From an uncultured Streptococcus sp. (GTDB lineage Bacteria; Bacillota; Bacilli; Lactobacillales; Aerococcaceae): a DNA stretch of 53,436 nucleotides. Position numbers and translations under genes: made by a program. How positions within the stretch are numbered: the stretch's first letter is position 1; every line of letters starts with the position of its first letter. The notes below the pieces were generated by a model. It did no database searches and was not told where the DNA came from. It saw only the letters and a program-made list of their open reading frames with translations. Location: NCBI GenBank assembly GCA_963515505.1, contig CAUPXN010000001.1:1-53436 (forward strand), given 5' to 3'. Positions 19,526 through 29,937 of this stretch are shown here, one piece after another.

Positions 19526-20548
19526 TTAGTACAGGCTTCCTGTGTTAACGATTGGTTGAGCATCATGATTGCCGCAAAGAACAACGAGTAAGTTAGAGAC
19601 CATCGCAGCTTTACGTTCTTCATCCAATTCTACGAGTTCTCCTTCGTTTAAGCGTTCTAGCGCCATTTCAACCATTCCAACAGCACCGTCTACAATCATC
19701 TTTCTAGCGTCAATAATTGCAGAAGCTTGTTGACGTTGAAGCATTACTGCAGCGATTTCTGGAGCGTAAGCAAGGTAAGTGATACGTGCTTCGATGATTT
19801 CAAGACCTGCATTTTCAACACGTGCTTGAATTTCATCACGAATACGTTTTGCAACGACTTCACTTGAACCACGTAAGCTACCTTCATCGGCAATACCGTC
19901 CCCAGTTGTATCAACGTTTGGAGCTACATCGTATGGATAAATACGTACAATGTTACGAAGCGCGCTATCACATTGAAGAGATAAGTATTCTTTGTAGTTA
20001 TCTACGTTGAAGACAGCTTTAGCCGTATCGACCACTCTCCAAGTCACAGCAATTCCGATTTCAACAGGATTTCCTAAGCAATCGTTAATCTTTTGACGAG
20101 AGTTGTTTAACGTCATAATTTTTAGAGAAATTTGATTTTTTAAGGCATTTAAGTTCGCTTCAACACCGCCTGTAGTGCTAATTGTGACAGGAGTACTTTG
20201 ACGGTCGACGTCACCGCTTTGGCCTAATTTTGTTTTGGCAGCAGGGTTTACAGACACGCTAAATGGGTTTACAAAATAGAAGCCAGGTTCTTTAATACTT
20301 CCTGTGTATTCACCAAAGAGCGTCAAAACAATCGCTTCTTGAGGTTTAACAACTTTTAGTCCTCCAAAAAGGATAAGACTACTGATAAATACTAGAATGC
20401 TGAGGATAATACAAACTACTTGTAGGCCTTCATTTTTTATCAACGCAATTGAGGAGATAAAGCCCACAACTGAAAGGATGAATAGAAGTAAAATGCTAAA
20501 CAACGCAGCAAAACCGTTAGATTTTGTTTTTAAAATTTTTTCGTTCAT
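19526..20548 (-). CDS. SPFH/band-7 domain membrane protein
   Basis: Two TMs, [33 protein letters not shown]; start at ATG 20548 after AAGGAG. Confidence 0.9.
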   Translation of the reverse strand: MNEKILKTKSNGFAALFSILLLFILSVVGFISSIALIKNEGLQVVCIILSILVFISSLILFGGLKVVKPQEAIVLTLFGEYTGSIKEPGFYFVNPFSVSVNPAAKTKLGQSGDVDRQSTPVTISTTGGVEANLNALKNQISLKIMTLNNSRQKINDCLGNPVEIGIAVTWRVVDTAKAVFNVDNYKEYLSLQCDSALRNIVRIYPYDVAPNVDTTGDGIADEGSLRGSSEVVAKRIRDEIQARVENAGLEIIEARITYLAYAPEIAAVMLQRQQASAIIDARKMIVDGAVGMVEMALERLNEGELVELDEERKAAMVSNLLVVLCGNHDAQPIVNTGSLY

Positions 20549-20821
20549 AAAAAAGACTCCTTTGTCTATTTGATATCTAAATGATATCACTGTGAAATCC
20601 AAAAAGCAATATAAATAAAGAATTATTGGTAAAATTTCCCAATAATTCTTAAAGATGCTATTTAAACTATAAAACAAATAGTAAAATGAACGTTACAATC
20701 GCTAGTCCACCTTGTTTCCAGAGGATGCTTCCAAAGCCCGAAACATTGACGGAGTGCACTCAATATGCTATTCTATCCATTGTATAAAAAAGAATCACTA
20801 CGATTTAGAAAGGAGAAAGGC

Positions 20822-21526
20822 ATGAGTTATATTTCAGTAGAACATCTTTCTTTCTCATATGAACAAGAGACAGTACTTGAAGATATTAGCTTTACAGTGG
20901 AACCAGGTCAGTTTGTGATTTTGACTGGGGAAAACGGAGCAGCGAAGTCTACTTTAGTAAAAAATATATTAGGACTCTTAACACCAAAGAGTGGGAAAGC
21001 CACTATTGCAAAGAAAAATAGTAATGGCGAGAAGTTATCGATTGGATACGCTCCGCAACAGATTTCTTCTTTTAATGTAGGGTTCCCATCAAATGTGTAT
21101 GAACTTGTGGCGTCAGGTCGTTACCAACAAGGGCGCTGGTTCAAAAAATTAAATGCAGAAGATCATGAACATATCGAACGTTCTCTTAAATCCGTAGGAA
21201 TGTGGGATGAGCGTCATAAACGTATCGGAGATTTATCAGGAGGGCAAAAACAACGCATCTGTTTAGCACGAATTTTTGCGACAGACCCAGATTTATTCGT
21301 CCTCGATGAACCAACAGCCGGTATGGATAAGGCTTCTAGAGAACGATTCTATCATCTATTACACCATGCTTGCGCGCATCACGGGAAAGCCATTTTAATG
21401 GTCACTCATGAGGAAGAAGCGCTTGAACAATACGTGGATAAACATATCCATCTGCAACGAAAGGAGGATTCTCCATGGAGATGTTTTTCTATGGTTTCAT
21501 GCAAAGAGCATTCATCTCAGGAATAG
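20822..21526 (+). CDS. adcC: Zn/Mn ABC transporter ATPase (AdcC/ZnuC-like)
   Basis: [20 protein letters not shown]-terminal PWRCF; promoter TTGACG-N17-TATTCT upstream. Confidence 0.85.
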   Translation: MSYISVEHLSFSYEQETVLEDISFTVEPGQFVILTGENGAAKSTLVKNILGLLTPKSGKATIAKKNSNGEKLSIGYAPQQISSFNVGFPSNVYELVASGRYQQGRWFKKLNAEDHEHIERSLKSVGMWDERHKRIGDLSGGQKQRICLARIFATDPDLFVLDEPTAGMDKASRERFYHLLHHACAHHGKAILMVTHEEEALEQYVDKHIHLQRKEDSPWRCFSMVSCKEHSSQE

Positions 21527-22284
21527 CGATGGCTTTTATCACGCCAATTCTTGGATTGTTCTTAATTCTTAGAAGACAGTCACTGATGGCCGACACCTTG
21601 TCGCACGTGTCCCTTGTTGGGGTAGCGCTAGGATTTCTTTTGGGGATGAATCCAACACTCACAACGCTGATTGTGGTGATTATCGCCGCAATTTTCATTG
21701 AAGCGATTGGAAAATACTTTAGAGGATATTCTGAAATTACCGTTGCGATTCTAATGTCGGGAGGAATGGCGATTGCCCTCATCCTGATGAATATGCAAAA
21801 AGGACGTTCAACATTAAGTGTGGATCAGTTCTTATTCGGTTCGATTGTGACGATTACAAATGAGCAAATGTGGATTATGATTCTATTAGCAGTTGTCGTA
21901 GTGGGATTATACGTGATTTTCCGTAAACCACTATATGTATTATCGTTTGATGAAGATACAGCGATGACAGCGGGGTTACCCGTTCGCTTGATGACAAACC
22001 TCTTTACGATTATCACAGGGGTTGTGATTGCAGTGATGATGCCAATCGCAGGGTCACTTCTAGTGTCAGCCGTTATTGTATTGCCAGCATCGATTGCGCT
22101 TCGAGTGAGCAGTAAGTTTAATGGCGTGATTATCGGTGGAATTATCATCAGTCTGATTGGATTCTTTGCAGGTCTATCCGCTTCCTATATTTACGAAGCA
22201 CCTCCGGGAGCCGCGATTACATGTGTGTTCCTCGTGATTTTATTTATCTCATTTATCGTGAGTGCCTTCCGTAAAAAAGCATAA
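21475..22284 (+). CDS. adcB: Zn/Mn ABC transporter permease (AdcB/ZnuB-like)
   Basis: [27 protein letters not shown]. Confidence 0.87.
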   Translation: MEMFFYGFMQRAFISGIAMAFITPILGLFLILRRQSLMADTLSHVSLVGVALGFLLGMNPTLTTLIVVIIAAIFIEAIGKYFRGYSEITVAILMSGGMAIALILMNMQKGRSTLSVDQFLFGSIVTITNEQMWIMILLAVVVVGLYVIFRKPLYVLSFDEDTAMTAGLPVRLMTNLFTIITGVVIAVMMPIAGSLLVSAVIVLPASIALRVSSKFNGVIIGGIIISLIGFFAGLSASYIYEAPPGAAITCVFLVILFISFIVSAFRKKA

Positions 22285-22325
22285 TAACTAAGCTTACCAT
22301 TTATTTGGTAGGCTTTTTTTATTTC

Positions 22326-22373
22326 TTGACTTGAGTGAAAAAAGGGTTTATATTACGTGATAACCAGTGGTTA
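22326..22373 (+). promoter_or_regulatory. Promoter and probable TetR operator
   Basis: TTGACT-N17-TATATT followed by palindrome TAACCA-G-TGGTTA at 22361-22373. Confidence 0.65.
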
Positions 22374-22396
22374 GTGTTGACAGTTGAGGTGTTGAA

Positions 22397-23113
22397 ATGA
22401 ATCAATTGATATATCGTTTAATTTCAAAGAGAAAGAGAATTAGTCCACATATTGAAAAATTCGAGTTTGATATTGGGATATTCATTGTTAGTATTTGGAG
22501 TGTTGAAAAGAATAACCAATACTTCTTAATTGATAGTGGTTTAGCTAAATTATTACCACGAATGGCAGAGTATGTTGTTCGTAATTTTTATGATAAGGAA
22601 AGAGTTTCTGGAGTATTTTTAACGCATGGGCATTCTGACCATATTGGGGGAATTCCAACGTTAAAAACATTACTACCAAATCTTCCTATTGTAATCGACA
22701 GCAGAGAAATTCCTTTTGTCTCAGGAGAAAAACCATATCCTGGTCGAGAGAAGCTAGAGCCTTTCACTTTTAAAAAACAGGATTTCATTGAGTTAGGAAC
22801 TCCCGAATCAAATGAGTTGTTAGAACAAGCCGGACTCAAAGCAATTTATTCACCAGGGCACTCACCGGGACATACCTGTTATTATCATGCAGAGGATAAT
22901 CTATTAATTGGAGGAGATCTTCTCACGACGAACAGAGCTGGAGTGTTAAGCGCACCAATGAAAGAATATACAGCAGATATGCCGAAAGCTTTAGAAACAG
23001 CTCATTCAGTATTGAAAGAATATAGCCATGCTATACTTTCTGTTGCTCATGGTGGAGAAGTGAAGAATGCTTTGCAAGAAATGGAGAAAAGTGAATGGTT
23101 TCAGAACAGTTAA
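22397..23113 (+). CDS. MBL-fold metallo-hydrolase
   Basis: LIDSG, THGHSDHIG, PGHSPGH, GD, AHG. Confidence 0.88.
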   Translation: MNQLIYRLISKRKRISPHIEKFEFDIGIFIVSIWSVEKNNQYFLIDSGLAKLLPRMAEYVVRNFYDKERVSGVFLTHGHSDHIGGIPTLKTLLPNLPIVIDSREIPFVSGEKPYPGREKLEPFTFKKQDFIELGTPESNELLEQAGLKAIYSPGHSPGHTCYYHAEDNLLIGGDLLTTNRAGVLSAPMKEYTADMPKALETAHSVLKEYSHAILSVAHGGEVKNALQEMEKSEWFQNS

Positions 23114-23685
23114 CAAGAGATAGAATTTTAGAAGCGGCAAGTAGTCTTTTTGCAGAAAAGTCTTTTCAAGAGGTAGGGATTCGTGAAATTGCCAAACGTG
23201 CAGGATGCTCTCATACAACTATTTATCTTTATTTTAAAAATAAGGATGAAATTCTGTTTGAAGTTGCTAGTGCTCCACTAGAAAAGTTATATCAAACGTC
23301 ATTAGAAATCTATCAATCGAGCGAGAGCATAGAAAATAGATTGTTAGAGGTATGTCATCACTTCATACGCTTTGGGTTTCAATATGCAAGCTCTAACCAG
23401 CTTTTATTCATTGTTGAAGGGGAAGAAGTTGATTTACCCGAATTCACAAAACCAATTAATCAGTTAAGAATGAAGAGTTTCAACATACTAAAATCTTTAA
23501 TTCAAGCAGTATTACCTCAATCAATCAGTGAAGAGAAATTATTCAATATCGTCCGAGGAACCTATTTGTTTTTACAAGGAATGGTGATTAACTACGCTTC
23601 TGGCGATTGTGGATATAACGAAAGACTGCAGACAATTGTTACAGATTACTTAACCTTCACATTATTGGATCGAAAGAATCTGTAA
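23095..23685 (+). CDS. TetR/AcrR-family regulator
   Basis: ILEAASSLF...IREIAKRAGCSHTTIYLYFKNKDEIL. Confidence 0.92.
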   Translation: MVSEQLTRDRILEAASSLFAEKSFQEVGIREIAKRAGCSHTTIYLYFKNKDEILFEVASAPLEKLYQTSLEIYQSSESIENRLLEVCHHFIRFGFQYASSNQLLFIVEGEEVDLPEFTKPINQLRMKSFNILKSLIQAVLPQSISEEKLFNIVRGTYLFLQGMVINYASGDCGYNERLQTIVTDYLTFTLLDRKNL

Positions 23686-23714
23686 AAAAGTAACTATTTT
23701 TGGAGGACAAGCAT

Positions 23715-24653
23715 GTGATTATACAGGCGTTATCGAGTATGGTGACGATACTTGCGGTCATCGCGCTCGGCTATCTCTTGCAGGCCAAGGGATGGTTTAA
23801 GGAAGGGTTCAGCAAGAGCATTGCGGATTTGATTTTGAAGATTGCTTTGCCGGCATCAATCTTTGTTTCAGTATTAAAATTTATTACAAAAGAACAACTC
23901 GTGAGTTTCTTTGGGGCTAGCCTTTATCCATTGATTGCGGTGATTCTAGGCTACATCGTGGCATGGGGCGCTGTTGTCTTATTCAAAATTCCGGTTGGAA
24001 GACGCGGAGTGATACTCAATACATTCGTAAATGCGAACACAGTTTTTATGGGGCTGCCGCTCAATCTTTCTCTTTTTGGAGAAGAAGCGATGCCGTACTT
24101 TTTGGTTTACTACGTGATTAATACATTGTCGATATTTACTGTTGGAACTTATGTTGTAGCAATTGATCGTCCTGATGGAACCAAAAATAAAGGAATCGAG
24201 TGGAAGAGCCTCTGTTCACCACCGCTCATTGCGTTCTTAGGGGCATTAGTAGTTGTGGCGCTTGGAATTCCAATTCCATCATTTGCACAAAATTCCATTA
24301 GTATAGTAGGAAGTTTAGTGACGCCATTGTCGCTCATGTATATCGGGATCAACCTTCAGCAAAGTGGTCTTGGAACATTGCGCATCGACCGCGATACTGT
24401 AATTGCGCTAGCAGGGCGCTTTATTATTTTCCCAATGTTAATGGTATTGGTGTTACTTATTGGAGGAGCGGATAATCCCTTATTAAAAGAAACTTTTATT
24501 ATTCAGTCGACTATTCCAACGCTGGTGATTATGCCTATTTTAGCGGCAGAAGCTAAAGGAGATGTTGATTTTGCGACGAATGTGGTGACGATGACAACCA
24601 TTGCTTACTTAGCAGTATTGCCATTGTGGTCGTTATTTTTATTTCTAATTTAA
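23715..24653 (+). CDS. AEC-family transporter (malate permease-like)
   Basis: About 10 TMs, ALPASIF, NTVFMGLPL; GTG start after GGAGG. Confidence 0.85.
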   Translation: MIIQALSSMVTILAVIALGYLLQAKGWFKEGFSKSIADLILKIALPASIFVSVLKFITKEQLVSFFGASLYPLIAVILGYIVAWGAVVLFKIPVGRRGVILNTFVNANTVFMGLPLNLSLFGEEAMPYFLVYYVINTLSIFTVGTYVVAIDRPDGTKNKGIEWKSLCSPPLIAFLGALVVVALGIPIPSFAQNSISIVGSLVTPLSLMYIGINLQQSGLGTLRIDRDTVIALAGRFIIFPMLMVLVLLIGGADNPLLKETFIIQSTIPTLVIMPILAAEAKGDVDFATNVVTMTTIAYLAVLPLWSLFLFLI

Positions 24654-24733
24654 CGCAATTACCATATATGGTAATTGCAGCATACAAAAAAAGCGAAGAA
24701 CCAATTTGGCTCTTCGCTTTATTTCATTTTATC

Positions 24734-25561
24734 TTATAAAAATTCATGTTTATCAAAGAAGTTACCAAGTTCTGCTTTGATCGTTTGTGCTTCAGTATCA
24801 ATCTCTGTAATTTTGATGATTGAAGAGTAGTCTGTTACATTGTGGTTTGAAACCCCTGACTCACAGAATACAACGGCACCTGCTGTTGTTGAATCAAATT
24901 CTTGGATAAGGCTACGCATACCGTTGATTGTACCGCCGGCTTTCAAGAAGTCGTCGACGATTAATACGTTTGATCCGCTAGCTAAGGTACGTTTTGATAA
25001 TTCCATTTTCTCGACGCGAGAAGAAGAACCTGAAACGTAGTTAATACTTACTGTAGAACCTTCTGTAATTTTTGAATCACGGCGCACGATGACGAATGGT
25101 ACGTTTAAGTAGTTCGCAACGGTTTGTGCGATTGGCACCCCTTTTGTTGCAACCGTCATAACGGCGTCGATTTTCTTATCTTCGTAAGCAGATGCAATCA
25201 TTTTCCCTAAATCATGTAATACATCTGGTTTTGCAAGTAAATCAGAAAGGTAAATATATCCCCCTGGCAATAGACGGCTTGCATCGTTCATTTGCTCTCT
25301 TAGTTTTTCCGCAGCAGCCAATGCTTGTTCGCGTTTGATTTTCGGAACAAAAATCACGCCCCCTGCAGCACCCGGTACTGTGCGAATAATCCCTACACCT
25401 TGCTTTTCAAAAGTCTTCTTGATAATAGCAATATCCTCACTAATAGAAGATTTTGCGGACTGATACAATGCTGTAAATGTTGTTAATGAGATTAACGTAT
25501 GTGGGTTATCTAATAGACGTTGTGTCATATCGACTAAACGTTCACTTCTTTTTAATTTCAT
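24734..25561 (-). CDS. purR: Pur operon repressor PurR (PRT family)
   Basis: MKLKRSERL, AKSSISED, RLLPGGY, VDDFLKAGGT. Confidence 0.96.
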   Translation of the reverse strand: MKLKRSERLVDMTQRLLDNPHTLISLTTFTALYQSAKSSISEDIAIIKKTFEKQGVGIIRTVPGAAGGVIFVPKIKREQALAAAEKLREQMNDASRLLPGGYIYLSDLLAKPDVLHDLGKMIASAYEDKKIDAVMTVATKGVPIAQTVANYLNVPFVIVRRDSKITEGSTVSINYVSGSSSRVEKMELSKRTLASGSNVLIVDDFLKAGGTINGMRSLIQEFDSTTAGAVVFCESGVSNHNVTDYSSIIKITEIDTEAQTIKAELGNFFDKHEFL

Positions 25562-25640
25562 CGTTTTGTCCTCCTTTTTTTCTTTAAGACACTATTATAG
25601 TATACATAAAAGTACGGAAATTACAATTTTTTAAACCTGT

Positions 25641-25654
25641 AATATTCGGGAAAT
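25641..25654 (-). promoter_or_regulatory. PurBox-like site upstream of purR
   Basis: Minus strand ATTTCCCGAATATT resembles AWWWCCGAACWWT. Confidence 0.5.
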
Positions 25655-25792
25655 GAGCAAATGAAACCTTGAAAATCAAAAGAATGTTCCTAAATTCATT
25701 TGGAAAAGATAAAAATTAGTCTTCTTTCAGGAAATCTACGTTGCTATTCCTGAAAATAATAAAGAAAAACGAGCCTAATTAGGCTCGTTTTG

Positions 25793-26137
25793 TTAAATAA
25801 GTTTCAGTTCGATGCCGACAACGCCATATTGTGCTTGTTTTTCTTTGGAATAGTAAGTCAACATATCGTCGGGATGCGCATTGACCACGTCTTCTGGAGT
25901 ATAACCGCATTTTAATAGCGGAAGGCGCTCGTACAGTTCTGCAAAGTTTTTAAAAACATGCAACTGAACCACTTCGCAGAGTGTTGTTTGCGAAGCGTCC
26001 AGGGTATTGGTAAATCGAATGTGATCACCAATTTGAATCGATTGACGCTTTTCATCGTAAAGACGAAGCTCAATCGTTTTTTGACCGGAGGCGATGGAAG
26101 CATACGGTTTTGGAAAGAGAGTCATCTCATGAAGCAT
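25793..26137 (-). CDS. ASCH/PUA-like domain protein
   Basis: IASGQKTIELRLYDEKRQSIQIGD motif. Confidence 0.85.
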   Translation of the reverse strand: MLHEMTLFPKPYASIASGQKTIELRLYDEKRQSIQIGDHIRFTNTLDASQTTLCEVVQLHVFKNFAELYERLPLLKCGYTPEDVVNAHPDDMLTYYSKEKQAQYGVVGIELKLI

Positions 26138-26139
26138 GA

Positions 26140-26961
26140 CTAGTTCTCCTTGTTTAAAACGAATTTTTCAACGGCAACAGCAACGCCATCTTCATCGTTG
26201 GTTGTTGTCACGAAGTTAGCAATTTCTTTAATCGAATCAATCGCATTTCCCATCGCAACGCCTAGACCAGCGTATTCAATCATGTCACGATCGTTTTCGT
26301 GGTCACCAAGGCACATTACTTCATCGCGTGTAAGGCCAAGTTTATCGGCTAGATGATGCACGGCTTTTCCTTTGCTCGCTTCAGGGTGAATCACTTCGAG
26401 GTAGAAGCCAGCACTACGGAAAATGTTGTAGCGGCTCTTGAAGTCGTCAGAAAGATTTGGTATTAATTCTTCTAACACTTCAGGTTCATCCACAAACATG
26501 ATTTTGACAAATTCTTTATCGGTTGGAATGTCTTTGTATAATTGGTGCACGATTGGCATCCCAACAAGTTCACTTTCATGAATCGAGTATTTACCAACTG
26601 TTGCAGTTGGAACGTAAATCGCTTCTTCGTCGATAGCGTGGTAGTGAACATCGTATTTTGTAGCGTAGTCGTTCACGCGCTCTAAGTCATCATGTGTCAT
26701 TGAGAAACGCACGAGTGCTTTTTTCGAACCTGTTTGTTGCACCAGAGTTCCGTTGTAAGTTACGACATAATCATGGTTGTTCACGAGGTCGAGTTCTTTC
26801 AGTAGTCCTTCAACACCAGGATATGGGCGTCCTGTACAAAGAACTACATAGACTCCTTGTGCGCTTGCGGCGTTTAAAGCAGCCTTTACGCGTGGTGTAA
26901 TTTCGCGTTTTGAATTGAGTAGTGTGCCGTCGATATCGATGGCGATTAATTTGATAGCCAT
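26140..26961 (-). CDS. Cof-type HAD-IIB sugar phosphatase (YidA-like)
   Basis: DIDGTLL, CTGRP, SKG, GDHENDRDM, AMGNA. Confidence 0.92.
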   Translation of the reverse strand: MAIKLIAIDIDGTLLNSKREITPRVKAALNAASAQGVYVVLCTGRPYPGVEGLLKELDLVNNHDYVVTYNGTLVQQTGSKKALVRFSMTHDDLERVNDYATKYDVHYHAIDEEAIYVPTATVGKYSIHESELVGMPIVHQLYKDIPTDKEFVKIMFVDEPEVLEELIPNLSDDFKSRYNIFRSAGFYLEVIHPEASKGKAVHHLADKLGLTRDEVMCLGDHENDRDMIEYAGLGVAMGNAIDSIKEIANFVTTTNDEDGVAVAVEKFVLNKEN

Positions 26962-27098
26962 AATTCCTCCTTGAATAGCGTTAAGTAGTGTTTTGAGCTG
27001 GATAATTGGACGTCTTTAAAATAAGAATCTGAGCAAAAATACAATGCTTATACATAAATCCATTACGTAAATCTTTCGGAGTGTTCCGTAAAATATGG

Positions 27099-27137
27099 AA
27101 AACACAATATACCTTATAAGGTATATTGTGTTTTTTT
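27099..27137. terminator. 36-bp perfect palindrome, probable terminator
   Basis: AAAACACAATATACCTTA|TAAGGTATATTGTGTTTT. Confidence 0.7.
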
Positions 27138-27163
27138 ATTTATAAAAAGTAATTGGTAGATGA

Positions 27164-27443
27164 TGCTCACATTCTGTGTAGTTGAGTTCACAATCGCAGA
27201 AATGGCGTGCGTTTCCCGAAACGTCCGCAGAACGTTGCACGTTCCTTCCGGCGTTCCGGTCCAACGTTCCATTTCTGAGCGCGATTGCTCACATTCTGTG
27301 TAGTTGAGTTCGGAAAAGCAGAGGCTCAAGCCTTTCGAGGTTAGTCTGCACGACTTGTTCCAAGTCCCTTGCGGCTAACCTGCGAACCGTCACCCAACAT
27401 TCACACTGTGAATATTGGCTAAACGCTTTTCCTCACATCCTGT
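27164..27443 (-). repeat. Composite modular repeat (26-bp linker x2 plus partial third, enclosing two hairpin modules; includes a family B copy at 27197-27277)
   Basis: TGCTCACATTCTGTGTAGTTGAGTTC at 27164 and 27286; module 27197-27277 is the reverse complement homolog of 43846-43928. Confidence 0.85.
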
Positions 27444-28795
27444 TATTTCATTTGATTAGAAAACACATCCAGTTGTGCGGCGATATTTTGAAACTCTGCA
27501 TAGTCGTCCATGAAGAGGCCGTTTTGCATTTCGCCGCTGACCATTTCGCGAGGGAAGTAGAGGCGTTCGTCACCACGTACTTTTCCGGAAATAGCATCTA
27601 CAATCGAACTGACTTGAGACAACTCAACCATATTACCGTTGCGTTCTACAAGCTCGATTTGCGTTCTTGGTTTAATCGAATCTGGACGATAGAAATCGTA
27701 TGGTAAGTCGAAACTGTTGTTAATGGCAGTGTAGTATTCTGGATCGAATCCAACTTCTTCTACGATTTGTTTCATGCGTTCGATTTGAGCGCCATCGTTT
27801 GTACGGTTAAATGGCACTGATTTAAACGGACGACGGTTAATGAAACGATCTGACAAGTCGCTTAAGATGGCATCTTCTTCTAATAACCAGTGAGAGAAGT
27901 ATGTGTTCAATACGCCGTCATCGAGACGTAAGTAGTCCTCCAATGTCCATGTTCCCTCGAAGAAAGGTTTCAAAAACGTTGCAGAGTGTCTTAATGGATT
28001 CAATTCTGAGTGGTAGCAAGCAGAAGCGCGTTTTAATAAGTGATTTAACACGACTTCCATCCCACGAGAAACTGGGTGGAAATACACTTGCATGTACATT
28101 TGATAACGACTCACGATGTAATCTTCCACCGCATGCATTCCAGAATACGTAAATGCAATGCCGCCTTTATAAGGACGAATCACACGAAGGATACGCGTGA
28201 GGTCGAAGGTTCCGTAGTTTACCCCTGTGAAATAAGCGTCACGAAGTAAGTAGTCCATACGGTCCGCATCGATTTGACTCGAAATCAATTGCACCACTTG
28301 AGGATTTGGATGTGTTTTTTGAATCACGCTGGCTACTTCTTGTGGGAAAGTAGAAGAGACTTTACGTAAAATTTGATTGACTTCCGTTTCCTCAGACAAG
28401 ATGATGTCGATAGTGATTTGTTCATGGTTTGTATCAAAGATTTTCTCGAAAGTATGTGAGTATGGTCCGTGCCCAACATCATGCAAGAGGGCAGCACAGA
28501 GTACAACAAGGCGATTGCTGTCGTCCCATAGTCCATCTCCTTCTTCTTTAGTTGCATAGTTACGAGCAAAGTTGTCGCAAATACGACGGGCGATTTCATA
28601 TACCCCTAAAGAGTGAGAGAATCGTGAGTGTTCCGCTGTATGGAAAGTATACATGGAAGCTCCGGTTTGTTTAATTCTGCGGAGTCGTTGCAATTCACGA
28701 CTATTAATTAATTCAAGAATAATTGGATGTTGCACGTGGATATAATCGTGTACTGGGTCACGAAATACTTTTTCACGTTTAAATGCTTCAGTCAT
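27443..28795 (-). CDS. HD-domain phosphohydrolase (YwfO / dNTP triphosphohydrolase-like)
   Basis: RDPVH, QRLRRIKQ, HSRFSHSLG, LLHDVGHGPYSH, DADRMDYLLRD. Confidence 0.9.
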   Translation of the reverse strand: MTEAFKREKVFRDPVHDYIHVQHPIILELINSRELQRLRRIKQTGASMYTFHTAEHSRFSHSLGVYEIARRICDNFARNYATKEEGDGLWDDSNRLVVLCAALLHDVGHGPYSHTFEKIFDTNHEQITIDIILSEETEVNQILRKVSSTFPQEVASVIQKTHPNPQVVQLISSQIDADRMDYLLRDAYFTGVNYGTFDLTRILRVIRPYKGGIAFTYSGMHAVEDYIVSRYQMYMQVYFHPVSRGMEVVLNHLLKRASACYHSELNPLRHSATFLKPFFEGTWTLEDYLRLDDGVLNTYFSHWLLEEDAILSDLSDRFINRRPFKSVPFNRTNDGAQIERMKQIVEEVGFDPEYYTAINNSFDLPYDFYRPDSIKPRTQIELVERNGNMVELSQVSSIVDAISGKVRGDERLYFPREMVSGEMQNGLFMDDYAEFQNIAAQLDVFSNQMK

Positions 28796-28923
28796 GCGTT
28801 TGACGCCTTCTTTCGATTAGATTGTGAATTTTTATCATAAGCACTTTCAGTTTATGCTATTTTCGGTAGAAAAGCAAGAGGGTCAGACTTTTAGAATGCT
28901 TTTACACCGCGTTTTTTAGCGGA

Positions 28924-29748
28924 TTATTGTCTTTTCACAAAACGCTCAAGTGCTTTTTGGAAATCTGGAGTGTGAATAAAATCTGTTTCGTTCTCTTCCA
29001 GCGTGCATCCAAGCTTCGTTAAAGCCTGCAGGACGCGAACTTGAACGTCTTCAATCGTAAGGTCGATCCCAAGCGCGTCACTAATATTCCACATACTGTC
29101 CGCGTTGACTTCTGGGAAATGCCATTTCGTCTCTTCGCCTTGAAGTGCGTGGTCATAGAAATCACGAACAACAAGCCCACGACGGTTTTGGTCTCCATAG
29201 ACGCTTAAGTAAATCGAAACGCATACCACATCTTTCAAGCGGCGTTGCGCAATTCCGGCAATTTTACGGTTTTGAATGCTTAAGTCATAGTCTCCTGGAC
29301 AATAAGAGTCTGCCACTTCAAAAGCTTGAATCCCACCAAGCGCCTCCGCTTCTGGGAAAGTCTCCTGGATAAGTTGTTGCATCCATTCGTAGGCTTCGTT
29401 AATCGTTGGCATTTGTTTATTTTTAAAGAGAAGGCTGATGTTTAAGATACCTTCGTTACTCACAACGGCCAGTCCACCTGCTTGGCGCACAATCGGCGTA
29501 AATCCGTTGGCACGCAGTCTTTCTAGCCCTTGTTCAAGATAAGGAACCTTTGTATCGGTCATTCCAAGAATCACGATATCTTCAAGCGTCCAGAAGTGAA
29601 CGAATGGCCCGTCTTCTTCTTTTGTGAGATGACGAATCAGTGTCTCATCGAGCGCGAACGGCGTCAGCATTTCTTCGAGTTTTTCAGTTTTTGAAATTTG
29701 TGTCGCAACCAATTGAATGGTTTGCTGCCTAATAGGTGATTGAGTCAT
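28924..29748 (-). CDS. Lipoate-protein ligase family, LipL/YwfL-like amidotransferase
   Basis: RQAGGLAV, SYCPGDYDLSI..RKIAGIAQRR; adjacent to the ywfO-like gene. Confidence 0.85.
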   Translation of the reverse strand: MTQSPIRQQTIQLVATQISKTEKLEEMLTPFALDETLIRHLTKEEDGPFVHFWTLEDIVILGMTDTKVPYLEQGLERLRANGFTPIVRQAGGLAVVSNEGILNISLLFKNKQMPTINEAYEWMQQLIQETFPEAEALGGIQAFEVADSYCPGDYDLSIQNRKIAGIAQRRLKDVVCVSIYLSVYGDQNRRGLVVRDFYDHALQGEETKWHFPEVNADSMWNISDALGIDLTIEDVQVRVLQALTKLGCTLEENETDFIHTPDFQKALERFVKRQ

Positions 29749-29937
29749 ACGATTCTCCTTTAGAGTTCTTCGTGTTTTATTATAACAAAACTTCGCGTGA
29801 TGGTCGTGTTGGAGGCCGTTTTTAAGCCATTTCTTATGAATTTATTAAGTAAACATCAAGAATCGTAAAAATTACTAGCAAAAAACTTATATTTTTAATA
29901 CGATAAGGTAGAAAAAGAATGAAAAGAGGGAATGCTC

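Noticed and set aside
27164..27443. Linker-spacer-linker pattern as CRISPR
   Set aside because: Spacers are ~95-120 bp structured modules that recur elsewhere in the window; only two full repeats
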